Shown here piece after piece: positions 9,247 to 17,141 of a DNA stretch of 29,657 nt. The DNA is from Gammaproteobacteria bacterium (lineage in GTDB: Bacteria > Pseudomonadota > Gammaproteobacteria > HK1). The notes beneath the pieces are model-generated. The model was not told the origin of the DNA and did not search any database. It was given only the letters and a program-made list of their open reading frames with translations. The translations under genes and the position numbers were made by a program. The stretch lies in NCBI GenBank assembly GCA_013042035.1, contig JABDQX010000462.1:1-29657 (forward strand), given 5' to 3'. The stretch's first letter is position 1. Every line of letters begins with the position of its first letter.

Positions 9247-9921
9247 TTATTCGGTTTCAGGCATATTTCGAGTGTTTTTGCGCTTGGAATCATCACCCAT
9301 CAAGTCATCCAGTTTCGTTCGAATTCTGACCTGTGATTGTCCTCCAAGGAGGACGGCGCTTGCTAAAGATTGATCATATGCGGAACGGGCTTTAGCCGGC
9401 TCGCCTTGTGCCAGGAAGATGTCGCCACGTATTTCTTCGTATAAGCTGGAAAACTCGCCTGCATTTTCGTCAAGCAATGTTATTGCATCTTCCCATCTCC
9501 CTTCATCCATGAGAAGCCTCGCCATTCGCAGTCGAGCGAGTTGCTGTACGGCCCCGGATGTCTCCTGGTCCATGGCTAACTGAAGGTATGTTTTTGCTTT
9601 ATCTATGTCATTTTGTTGGAAGGCAGCTTTAGCAATAACCAGTGATGCCAATGCGGTGTAGCCGCTATTGGAGAATCCCTCCACCAAGGTGTTTCCTTTT
9701 TGGGTGACTTTTTCGTATAAGTTACCTTTTGCGGAGTCTAAAAGCTGACCGTAATGGCGCGAAGCCTTTTCCGCTTGTTGTATCGTATATGCCTGCCAGG
9801 ACGACCAGCCGATGATGGCGATGGCGCCCAGCAGGACGCCGAAGATTACGGCTCGACCGTTTTCTTTCCACCATTTTTGTAGTGCTTCCAGTTGTTCTTG
9901 TTCTGATTCGTAGGTATTCAT
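9247..9921 (-). CDS. yfgM: YfgM family TPR membrane protein (SecYEG-associated)
   Basis: E.EQLEALQKWWKENG, one TM helix, ARLRMARL and RGDIFLAQG; directly downstream of hisS. Confidence 0.92.
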   Translation of the reverse strand: MNTYESEQEQLEALQKWWKENGRAVIFGVLLGAIAIIGWSSWQAYTIQQAEKASRHYGQLLDSAKGNLYEKVTQKGNTLVEGFSNSGYTALASLVIAKAAFQQNDIDKAKTYLQLAMDQETSGAVQQLARLRMARLLMDEGRWEDAITLLDENAGEFSSLYEEIRGDIFLAQGEPAKARSAYDQSLASAVLLGGQSQVRIRTKLDDLMGDDSKRKNTRNMPETE

Positions 9922-11204
9922 TTCATGTCAGTGAGTAATGTGTCGAGGTAATCGTTGAGTTCGGAACGTGTTAGTGTACGTTGAGAGACTTGTTCACGCA
10001 GGTGTTTTACGCCTACCTGTCCCGTTGTTACCTCATTTTCACCCAGGAGCAATGCGATCTGCGCTGCGCTGCGGTCGGCACGTTTGAGTTTTGCCTTGAA
10101 ACTTCCAGTCTGAGTATCTACGATTAACCGTAGATCCGGGAAACGATCGCGAAGTTCTTCGGCAAGTGAGTGACCAGTGCATCCGGCCTTTGCTCCAACG
10201 GCGACCAGATATGCGTGAGGTGTCGGTTTTGGAATGTTCCTTCCATCGCTTTTTTGCGAGTCTTCTTTAAGAAGCTCGACGAGGCGTTCAAGCCCAATGG
10301 CGCATCCGAGCGCTGGCGTCGAGGATTCTCCCATTTGACTTACCAGCGTATCGAAACGTCCACCAGCGCAAACTGCTGCTTGTGACCCCAGTCGATCTGT
10401 TGTCCATTCAAATACGGTGCCGGTGTAATAGTCAAGGCCGCGCACCAAGTATGGGTTTACAACGTAGTCGATTTTTACTGTATCCAGTATCGACCTTAGC
10501 GCTTCGAAATGCTCTTTTGATTCGCTATCTAAAAAATCCGAAATGCGAGGCGCATTCTCAATGATGGGCCAAAGTGCCGGATTTTTACTGTCAAGAATTC
10601 GCAGAGGATTCGTGTGCAAGCGCCGCCGACTGTCCTCATCCAGTCGGTCAAGTTGTGCGGAAAAATACTTAATCAGCTTTTCCCGGTAGATATCCCGCGC
10701 TGTTCCCGTGCACAAAGAATTTAGTTCCAGACGTAATCCTGATACACCCAGCTTGCGCCACAACCGAGTGATCATCATAAGAATTTCCGCATCAATACCG
10801 GGGTCCGGTATGCCAAATGCTTCCACGCCGATCTGATGAAACTGTCGATATCGTCCCTTTTGCGGGCGCTCATGGCGGAACATAGGGCCCATGTACCAAA
10901 GACGCTGAATCTGATTTCGTAGCAGATGATGTTGAATCCCCGCCCGTACACATCCGGCGGTTCCCTCAGGGCGTAGTGACAGACTCTCACCACTTCGATC
11001 CGTGAAAACGTACATCTCCTTTTCGACGATGTCTGTTACTTCGCCGATGGAGCGAGCAAAAAGCTCGGTTTTCTCCACAAGAGGAAACCGGATTTCTCCA
11101 TATCCGTAGGCTGAAAAAAGCGCACATGCGCTATCCTCAATGTATTGCCAATAGGGTGTGTCGGCGGGGAGGATATCGCTCATTCCACGAATCGCTTGTA
11201 TCAT
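9918..11204 (-). CDS. hisS: Histidine--tRNA ligase
   Basis: RGMSD, LRPEGTAG, FRHERPQKGRYRQFHQ, VRGLDYY and GLERL motifs. Confidence 0.99.
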   Translation of the reverse strand: MIQAIRGMSDILPADTPYWQYIEDSACALFSAYGYGEIRFPLVEKTELFARSIGEVTDIVEKEMYVFTDRSGESLSLRPEGTAGCVRAGIQHHLLRNQIQRLWYMGPMFRHERPQKGRYRQFHQIGVEAFGIPDPGIDAEILMMITRLWRKLGVSGLRLELNSLCTGTARDIYREKLIKYFSAQLDRLDEDSRRRLHTNPLRILDSKNPALWPIIENAPRISDFLDSESKEHFEALRSILDTVKIDYVVNPYLVRGLDYYTGTVFEWTTDRLGSQAAVCAGGRFDTLVSQMGESSTPALGCAIGLERLVELLKEDSQKSDGRNIPKPTPHAYLVAVGAKAGCTGHSLAEELRDRFPDLRLIVDTQTGSFKAKLKRADRSAAQIALLLGENEVTTGQVGVKHLREQVSQRTLTRSELNDYLDTLLTDMK

Positions 11205-11376
11205 CGTCTATGAGGTTTTTCCATTTAAGTTATTGTAGCAGTTCACTTTTTTATCGCTAGAACCCTTAAACAAAACGACTAAAAAATTCCCGTGGAGTAT
11301 TTTGGTTCCAGCAATGTCGGGTTGGGATCGATATCGTAGGACTTTCCGTTAATATCAATTTGCTTGGCAATGGTTA

Positions 11377-11401
11377 GCTGGCGAGGCAGCGCCTCGCCAG
11401 C
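11377..11401 (-). terminator. Perfect 11-bp GC-rich hairpin 9 nt downstream of the DsrC-paralog stop
   Basis: GCTGGCGAGGC-AGC-GCCTCGCCAGC. On the transcribed (minus) strand it is followed by TAACC, not a U-tract. Confidence 0.5.
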
Positions 11402-11410
11402 ACCCGTGCT

Positions 11411-11749
11411 TTAATAGCCGCCTTTTCTACGACTTTCCGGGATGCCTCCAATGCGTCCGGCTTGTTTGCTGGGATTCCCAGGAAAAAGGTCAAAGATCGC
11501 CTTTGTATCGATTTTTTCACCCCAAAGTTTACCAAGTTCTTTTACCATGGTACGCGTGTTAGGCTGGTTCTCGCGATTATTGAAGTATTCGTCCCGTAGA
11601 TATTTGATTACGTCCCAGTGCCGCTCAGTGAGTGTAATGCTTTCTTCTTCTGCGATTACATTGGCTACTTGTTCATTCCAGTCATCCAGATTGGCAAGAA
11701 AACCGGTTTCCGTTGTTTCCAATTCTTTTCCGTCAACTATAATTGCCAT
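11411..11749 (-). CDS. DsrC/TusE-family protein with no cysteine (regulatory RspA-like class)
   Basis: Aligns end to end with the DsrC at 17142 (GFLANL..W, HW.VI..LR.Y, LFP..P.KQA...G.P). It contains no Cys and ends ESRRKGGY. Confidence 0.9.
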   Translation of the reverse strand: MAIIVDGKELETTETGFLANLDDWNEQVANVIAEEESITLTERHWDVIKYLRDEYFNNRENQPNTRTMVKELGKLWGEKIDTKAIFDLFPGNPSKQAGRIGGIPESRRKGGY

Positions 11750-12013
11750 TTTCTTCTCCCGTTTCAGCTTTATTTCTGTGAGTAAATTTCAAGTTCTACT
11801 GTATCGTGAGGTGCCTGTCATTCACATTCACTGCCGAATCAACACGATGTGTTTGCGTGATTTCATTGTGTGAATTCCGGCGCATATGTTGCAGGTGTTC
11901 CTTCACATGACTTTCGAGTTTTGCGATTGTGATAAATGAGCAATCTTGATTATATTTGACAACGTCATTGCTCGTACATATACCTTCGTTTATTTACCGT
12001 AATCGTATTCGCT

Positions 12014-12703
12014 TTATGCTTTGGAAACAGGCGCGATACCTTTATGAGGGATGAACAATCCACACCCTAACTGGCGGTTTGGACCAATTCCATTTTGTTG
12101 TAGTTGCAATGATTCTTCTGGAGTAAGCTCTGCGATGAGGGCGCTTCGGGTATGAATCAGTGCGTTGGGTGTTGGAATAATGTGTGTTCGACCGCAAAGA
12201 ATTTTGCGGGGATTGATGCCTAGGTTCTGAAACTGATCTACAAGGTAATTGATGAATCGAGTTTCTTCGTCATGCTCCTCGGCTACTATGTATCGTGCGA
12301 ACAGAGTGCTGGAGGGAAGCAGTGGTTTTTCTTGGCCTTTTTCTACAACCAATGTATTCCCGCCGATAACGAGTGTAGTTCCTTCAAGGCGTTGTACATT
12401 TGATAACAGCGCTCTTGATAAGCGCAATACTAACCGAGTTCGGCGCGAAAGATGTAATAATTTATTATCGCTTTTTCCTGTTGGTCGTATCCAGCCATTT
12501 CCGGAATCGGCCACATGTATGCTGTGAATGCCAACACTGGGTTCATCGCTTACCCATGGCAGGATGGTCGTGATAGCTTCGGCGAGTAGATAAGCATGCT
12601 CTACCGGTAAGCTATGGCACCGAATTCGGTAGGCATAATCCAGCATTTGGCTTGAATTTTTCGACTGTGATCCGCTTTCTTCCGGTTCTTCTAACCAAAG
12701 CAT
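12014..12703 (-). CDS. Orphan Cas6/Cmx6-like RAMP protein
   Basis: C-terminal G-loop GIGPNRQLGCG (residues 205-215; GhGxxxxxGhG) followed by LFIP; N-terminal LPVEHAYLL..AI and GIHSIH motifs like type I-MYXAN Cas6; 229 aa. No other cas gene or array in the window. Confidence 0.78.
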   Translation of the reverse strand: MLWLEEPEESGSQSKNSSQMLDYAYRIRCHSLPVEHAYLLAEAITTILPWVSDEPSVGIHSIHVADSGNGWIRPTGKSDNKLLHLSRRTRLVLRLSRALLSNVQRLEGTTLVIGGNTLVVEKGQEKPLLPSSTLFARYIVAEEHDEETRFINYLVDQFQNLGINPRKILCGRTHIIPTPNALIHTRSALIAELTPEESLQLQQNGIGPNRQLGCGLFIPHKGIAPVSKA

Positions 12704-12912
12704 TATTTGGTACCTTGTTGTTTCTGATCCAATGCACCGATGAACGCGCTTTCCAATTGGTCTTCCCAGTTTCCGGGAGTATCGATGAATGGTGGCTTTA
12801 CGTCAATACGGAAGAAGCGTTCGGTTCTTGCCGCCTGTTTTACAGCTCTTAGTAAGTCCTTGAATGAGTTCAGATCGTGATGTTGCAATAGCAGTTCGCT
12901 TACGTGTAACAT
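12703..12912 (-). CDS. Small conserved hypothetical protein (69 aa)
   Basis: TAATG stop/start overlap with the Cas6-like gene; plausible RBS. The FFRIDVKPPF.DTP.NWED.LE segment resembles small proteins I recall from dsr-adjacent loci (not verified). Confidence 0.75.
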   Translation of the reverse strand: MLHVSELLLQHHDLNSFKDLLRAVKQAARTERFFRIDVKPPFIDTPGNWEDQLESAFIGALDQKQQGTK

Positions 12913-12952
12913 GCCTTTGATATCCTAATAGTTGTTGCCCGTGGCCGAGAGA

Positions 12953-12996
12953 GTATTTTAGAATAGTCTAAAATGCTAAATGTTGACTTGGATCAT
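12953..12996 (-). promoter_or_regulatory. Candidate FNR/CRP-family class II promoter with an overlapping inverted-repeat operator
   Basis: TTGAC-TTGG-ATCAT at 12983-12996 matches TTGAT-N4-ATCAA at 8/10. Placing its centre at -41.5 on the minus strand puts -12..-7 at 12960-12955, which reads TAAAAT. IR ATTTTAGA-ATAG-TCTAAAAT spans 12955-12974. Confidence 0.55.
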
Positions 12997-13127
12997 TTGA
13001 ATCTCTTCCCGACCCAAAGAGACTATGCCGCCTGTGTCGCTGGCAAAAAAAGCAGGGTATGGCAAGCGCCGGATTCCTCGCTGAACTTGTCGGAATTATC
13101 TTTAGAGTACCCATGAATTTTCGGATA

Positions 13128-13152
13128 TATAATTACTGTCTTTGTTAAGGAG
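13128..13152 (+). promoter_or_regulatory. Candidate -10 box and RBS for dsrA
   Basis: TATAAT at 13128-13133 and AAGGAG at 13147-13152. No good -35 at 17 nt, so it may be activator-dependent. Confidence 0.35.
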
Positions 13153-13157
13153 AGAGC

Positions 13158-14405
13158 GTGATGAAGAAACATGATACCCCGATGCTCGACCAGCTCCAGG
13201 ACGGTCCTTGGCCAAGCTTCATCAGCGGGATCAAGCGGCTGCGCGATGAACATCCCGAGCAGCGTATCAATGAGATGACCAATGACTTGCTTGGCCAGCT
13301 TCAGCACTCCTATGAGACCCGTAAAGGCTATTGGAAAGGGGGTACCCTAAGCGTTTATGGATATGGCGGTGGGATTATTCCCCGCTTTTCCGAAGTAGGA
13401 GATAAGTTTCCCAAGTCCAGAGAGTTTCATACCCTGAGAATCCAGCCGCCAGCTGGTAATTTCTACTCGACCGATATTCTGCGTCGGTTTGCAGATGACT
13501 GGGAAAAATATGGTTCCGGGTTGGTTACTTTCCATGGTCAGACCGGTAATATAATGTTCATTGGCGCTGATAGTGAGTCTACACAAGGCTTTTTCGATGA
13601 GGTCAATGAGTATGGTTGGGATCTTGGTGGAGCCGGTCCCTGTGTGCGCACGGGAATGTCTTGTGTCGGTTCTGCTCGTTGTGAGCAATCATGCTGCAAC
13701 GAACATAAGATTCATCGTCTGCTCATGAATAATTTTACCGATGATGTCCATCGGCCCGCCCTGCCATATAAATTCAAGTTTAAAGTCTCCGGTTGCCCCA
13801 ACGATTGCGTCAATTCCATTGAGCGGGCGGATTTTGCCGTGATTGGCACTTGGCGCGATGACATGAAAGTTGAGCAGGAAGAGGTCAAGGCAGCAGTTGC
13901 CAAGAAAGGGCGCAAATACATTATCGATAATGTGATTACTCGTTGTCCCACCAAGGCATTATCATTGAATGATGATGATACGCTTGATGTCGATAATCGC
14001 AATTGTGTGCGTTGTATGCATTGCCTGAATGTTATGCCGAAGGCATTGTCTCCGGGCGATGACAAAGGGATTACTCTTCTTGTCGGTGGTAAAAGAACGC
14101 TGAAGATTGGGGATTTGTTTGGTACAGTCGTGGTGCCATTTATGAAGCTTGATACCGAGGAAGATTACGAAGGGTTGGTCGAGCTTGCAGAGAATATGAT
14201 TGATTTCTTTGCCGAGAATGCTTTGGAGCACGAACGTACAGGAGAGATGATCGAGCGTATTGGTCTCGTTAATTTCCTGGAAGGTGTCGGAATTGAGGTG
14301 GATCCGAATATGTTGGATCACCCGCGAACGTGTTCTTATGTTCGGATGGATTCTTGGGATGAAGAAGCAGAGAAGTGGTTTGCCCGTAAGCAAGCGGCGG
14401 GATAA
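13158..14405 (+). CDS. dsrA: Dissimilatory sulfite reductase alpha subunit (reverse type)
   Basis: TPMLDQL..GPWPSF, HGQTG, siroheme-cluster motif CVGSARC...GCPNDC, ferredoxin CVRCMHC. Start is GTG 13158 or ATG 13161. Confidence 0.98.
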   Translation: MMKKHDTPMLDQLQDGPWPSFISGIKRLRDEHPEQRINEMTNDLLGQLQHSYETRKGYWKGGTLSVYGYGGGIIPRFSEVGDKFPKSREFHTLRIQPPAGNFYSTDILRRFADDWEKYGSGLVTFHGQTGNIMFIGADSESTQGFFDEVNEYGWDLGGAGPCVRTGMSCVGSARCEQSCCNEHKIHRLLMNNFTDDVHRPALPYKFKFKVSGCPNDCVNSIERADFAVIGTWRDDMKVEQEEVKAAVAKKGRKYIIDNVITRCPTKALSLNDDDTLDVDNRNCVRCMHCLNVMPKALSPGDDKGITLLVGGKRTLKIGDLFGTVVVPFMKLDTEEDYEGLVELAENMIDFFAENALEHERTGEMIERIGLVNFLEGVGIEVDPNMLDHPRTCSYVRMDSWDEEAEKWFARKQAAG

Positions 14406-14464
14406 AGTTTAGGTTTTCTGGTCCCTATGCCTGCTAATAGCTGGTTAGCATGGTAAACAGCACA

Positions 14465-14485
14465 GCTTCGGTCCAAGGCCGGAGC
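14465..14485 (+). other. 9-bp RNA hairpin in the dsrA-dsrB spacer
   Basis: GCTTCGGTC-CAA-GGCCGGAGC, 9 pairs including 2 G-U. Confidence 0.55.
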
Positions 14486-14667
14486 ATGCAGAGCATGGCG
14501 TTTTGTTTGACGCTTTGGAGGTTGTTGGTTGCGTCGATTATATATTGAAGGTTTCAAGCGGTTTTTATCGCTTTCTGGCGTGAAATATATTTTCCCCGCA
14601 CAGCGCTTCTAGGCTTATAGCAAGATTCAAAGTTTAACGATTTGAGTGTTTGATTGGGAGGTGGCCA

Positions 14668-15735
14668 ATGGAACATCGCCCGCCTATTGAGAGCGGTTGC
14701 CCAGACGGGTTCCAATATATGCATCCTACGATGCTGAAAAACTTCGGTCAGTGGAAGTATCACGAGGATATCCAGCCCGGCGTTTTGAAGCATGTTGCGA
14801 AAAGTGGGGATGCGGTTTGTACCGTAAAAGCCGGTACGCAACGCATTCTGGATCTATTTACGCTGCGAAAGCTCTGCGATATTGGGGATCAGTACGGCGA
14901 TGGATATGTACGATTCACAACTCGCAGCAATATTGAGTATATGGTAAACGATGAGGCCAAAGTTGGGCCTTTGGTCGAGGCGCTGGAGAAGGAAGGTTTT
15001 GTCGTTGGTGGAACTCGCAATTCCGTCGCCATGCTTTCGCATACTCAGGGCTGGTTACATTGCGATATCCCCGGTACGGATGCCTCCGGTGTGGTTAAAT
15101 CCATGATGGATGAGCTCATTGGTGAGTTTAAATCGTGGGAAATGCCCAATCGTGTCCATATCACTACTTCTTGCTGCCAGATTAACTGTGGCGGGCAGGG
15201 TGATATTGCAATCAACGTTCAGCACACGAAGCCGCCGAAGATCAACCATAATCTGGTAGCCAATGTCTGTGAAAGGCCATCAGTGGTTGCTCGTTGCCCG
15301 GTGGCGGCGATTCGCCCTGCAATGATTAATGGAAAGCCTTCCCTTGAGGTGGATGAGAAAAAGTGCATCTGTTGTGGTGCTTGTTATCCACCATGTCCAC
15401 CGATGCAGATTAATGATCCTGAGCATTCCAAGCTATCCATTTGGGTTGGGGGAAATCACTCCAATGCACGAAGTAATCCATCTTTCCAAAAGCTTGTAGC
15501 GTCCGGTATCCCCAATAATCCGCCGCGTTGGCCAGAGGCTACGGCTATTGTGAAAAAGATACTTGAAGTCTACAAAGAGGATGCGCGTGATTGGGAACGT
15601 ATCAATGATTGGATCGATCGTATTGGTTGGCCTAGATTTTTTGAGTTGACGGAATTGCCATTCACGAAGTTCCATATTGACAATTGGCGTGGCTCGCGGA
15701 AGAGCCTGAATGCATCGACTTACATTCGTTTCTAA
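14668..15735 (+). CDS. dsrB: Dissimilatory sulfite reductase beta subunit
   Basis: PIESGCPDG, HTQGWLHCD, CCQINCG, CICCGAC and PNNPPRWPE motifs. Start moved to ATG 14668 behind RBS GGAGG. Confidence 0.98.
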   Translation: MEHRPPIESGCPDGFQYMHPTMLKNFGQWKYHEDIQPGVLKHVAKSGDAVCTVKAGTQRILDLFTLRKLCDIGDQYGDGYVRFTTRSNIEYMVNDEAKVGPLVEALEKEGFVVGGTRNSVAMLSHTQGWLHCDIPGTDASGVVKSMMDELIGEFKSWEMPNRVHITTSCCQINCGGQGDIAINVQHTKPPKINHNLVANVCERPSVVARCPVAAIRPAMINGKPSLEVDEKKCICCGACYPPCPPMQINDPEHSKLSIWVGGNHSNARSNPSFQKLVASGIPNNPPRWPEATAIVKKILEVYKEDARDWERINDWIDRIGWPRFFELTELPFTKFHIDNWRGSRKSLNASTYIRF

Positions 15736-15799
15736 TTGTCGAAAAATTCTCGGCAGTTGAGTTGGATTGTCGGGTGGACGGCTATGGGAGAAACCAGGT

Positions 15800-16192
15800 A
15801 TGAAGTTTGGAATCCTAGTCAACGAAGGGCCCTATCAACATCAAGCTTCAGATAGTGCCTATCAGTTTACCAAGGCGGCGCTGGAAAAAGGGCACGAGGT
15901 TTTTCGAGTCTTTTTCTATCACGATGGTGTCAATAACGGGACAAGATTGGCTACGCCTCCTCAAGATGATCGGAATATTACGGTCAGATGGGCAGAGCTA
16001 AGTGATAAATACAATTTGGATTTGGTGATTTGCATTGCAGCTGCCCAGCGGCGCGGTATCGTTGATGAAGAAGAAATGAAGCGCCAAGGGAAAGACGCCA
16101 GTAACCTTGCGCCTGGCTTTCGGATTTCCGGGTTAGGGCAGCTTATTGAGGCAGGCATTCAGTCGGATCGATTAATTGTATTTGGCGATTAG
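15800..16192 (+). CDS. dsrE: Sulfurtransferase complex subunit DsrE
   Basis: EGPYQHQA, FFYHDGV, active-site VICIAAAQRRG and GLGQL. Start moved to ATG 15800, giving 130 aa. Confidence 0.97.
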   Translation: MKFGILVNEGPYQHQASDSAYQFTKAALEKGHEVFRVFFYHDGVNNGTRLATPPQDDRNITVRWAELSDKYNLDLVICIAAAQRRGIVDEEEMKRQGKDASNLAPGFRISGLGQLIEAGIQSDRLIVFGD

Positions 16193-16274
16193 GGTGTTCC
16201 GTCTGGAGAAGTTAAAAGCTGAAATGAGCTAAAAGGGTTCGATAAGTAGCTACGGAAGTTTGCAGCGAATAATG

Positions 16275-16307
16275 CGATATCCCAATTAGACGTGCTTGGG
16301 AATATCG
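16275..16307 (+). other. Hairpin in the expanded dsrE-dsrF spacer
   Basis: CGATATCCCAA-(10 nt)-TTGGG-A-ATATCG: 11 bp with one bulge. Confidence 0.45.
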
Positions 16308-16361
16308 GACCCTTTGTCCTTATGCGGCTGTATTCTAAGCACCTATTGAGGGGGTAAAATA

Positions 16362-16775
16362 ATGGAAGGTGGCGTAGTAAAGAAATTTTTGTACGTGAAT
16401 CGCCGGGCACCTTATGGGAGTATCTACGCTCTGGAATCTTTAGAAGTGGTCCTCATTGGCGCGGCTTTCGAGCAGGATGTAAGTCTGCTGTTCGTTGATG
16501 ATGGGGTATATCAGCTGAAGAAAGGCCAGGACACTAGCGGCGTTGAGATGAAAAACTTTTCGCCAACCTACAATGCCCTCGGCGATTATGATGTCAACAA
16601 GATCTATGTAGATCAAGAGTCCCTCGAAAAGCGGAATCTGACGACGGATGATCTGATGGCGTTGACCTACGAAGATGAAGATGATGACTACGCGGAGAAA
16701 CCGTCGATACGCGTTATTAGTCGTGACGAGGTGGCTGACTTGATGGAAGAGCAGGACGTCGTCTTATCATTTTAG
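16362..16775 (+). CDS. dsrF: Sulfurtransferase complex subunit DsrF
   Basis: KKFLYVNRRAPYG, LFVDDGVYQL and KNFSPTY motifs. Confidence 0.97.
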   Translation: MEGGVVKKFLYVNRRAPYGSIYALESLEVVLIGAAFEQDVSLLFVDDGVYQLKKGQDTSGVEMKNFSPTYNALGDYDVNKIYVDQESLEKRNLTTDDLMALTYEDEDDDYAEKPSIRVISRDEVADLMEEQDVVLSF

Positions 16776-16786
16776 GAGAGCTGGAT

Positions 16787-17095
16787 ATGGGTATGCTGCA
16801 TGTGGTGAATAAGTCTCCGTTTGAGAAAACTTCACTGGATAGTTGTCTCGTATATGCAAAAGAGGGTGCTGCTATCCTACTCATTGAAGACGCTGTCTAC
16901 GCCGCGTTAAAGGATACGGCTGTTGCGGACAAAGTTAGGGCTGCACTCAAAAAGTGTAAGGTATATGCTTTGGAACCCGACATCAAGGCCCGGGGCATGG
17001 AGGTAGCGAAGGTTATCGACGGTATTGATGTTGTTAATTATGGGGGGTTTGTCGATCTGGCTACCGCCTATGATAACGTGCATTCCTGGGTTTAA
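16787..17095 (+). CDS. dsrH: Sulfurtransferase complex subunit DsrH
   Basis: MLHVVNKSPF, Cys20, LLIEDAVY and YGGFVDL...SW motifs. Confidence 0.97.
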   Translation: MGMLHVVNKSPFEKTSLDSCLVYAKEGAAILLIEDAVYAALKDTAVADKVRAALKKCKVYALEPDIKARGMEVAKVIDGIDVVNYGGFVDLATAYDNVHSWV

Positions 17096-17141
17096 CGTTG
17101 TTTGTAGTGGTATCTTTATTAGTTAAAGGGGTAAGGCATAA

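Noticed and set aside
12913-13157. Sigma54 promoter upstream of dsrA (TGGCA at two positions)
   Set aside because: Neither has the GC dinucleotide at the required GG-N10-GC spacing.
14465-14473. C-UUCG-G tetraloop reading of GCTTCGGTC (also at 17527)
   Set aside because: Only two closing pairs (one G-U) are possible; the 9-bp stem is the better fold.
13023-15822. Minus-strand ORFs of 94-143 aa over dsrA and dsrB
   Set aside because: Antisense shadows without motifs.
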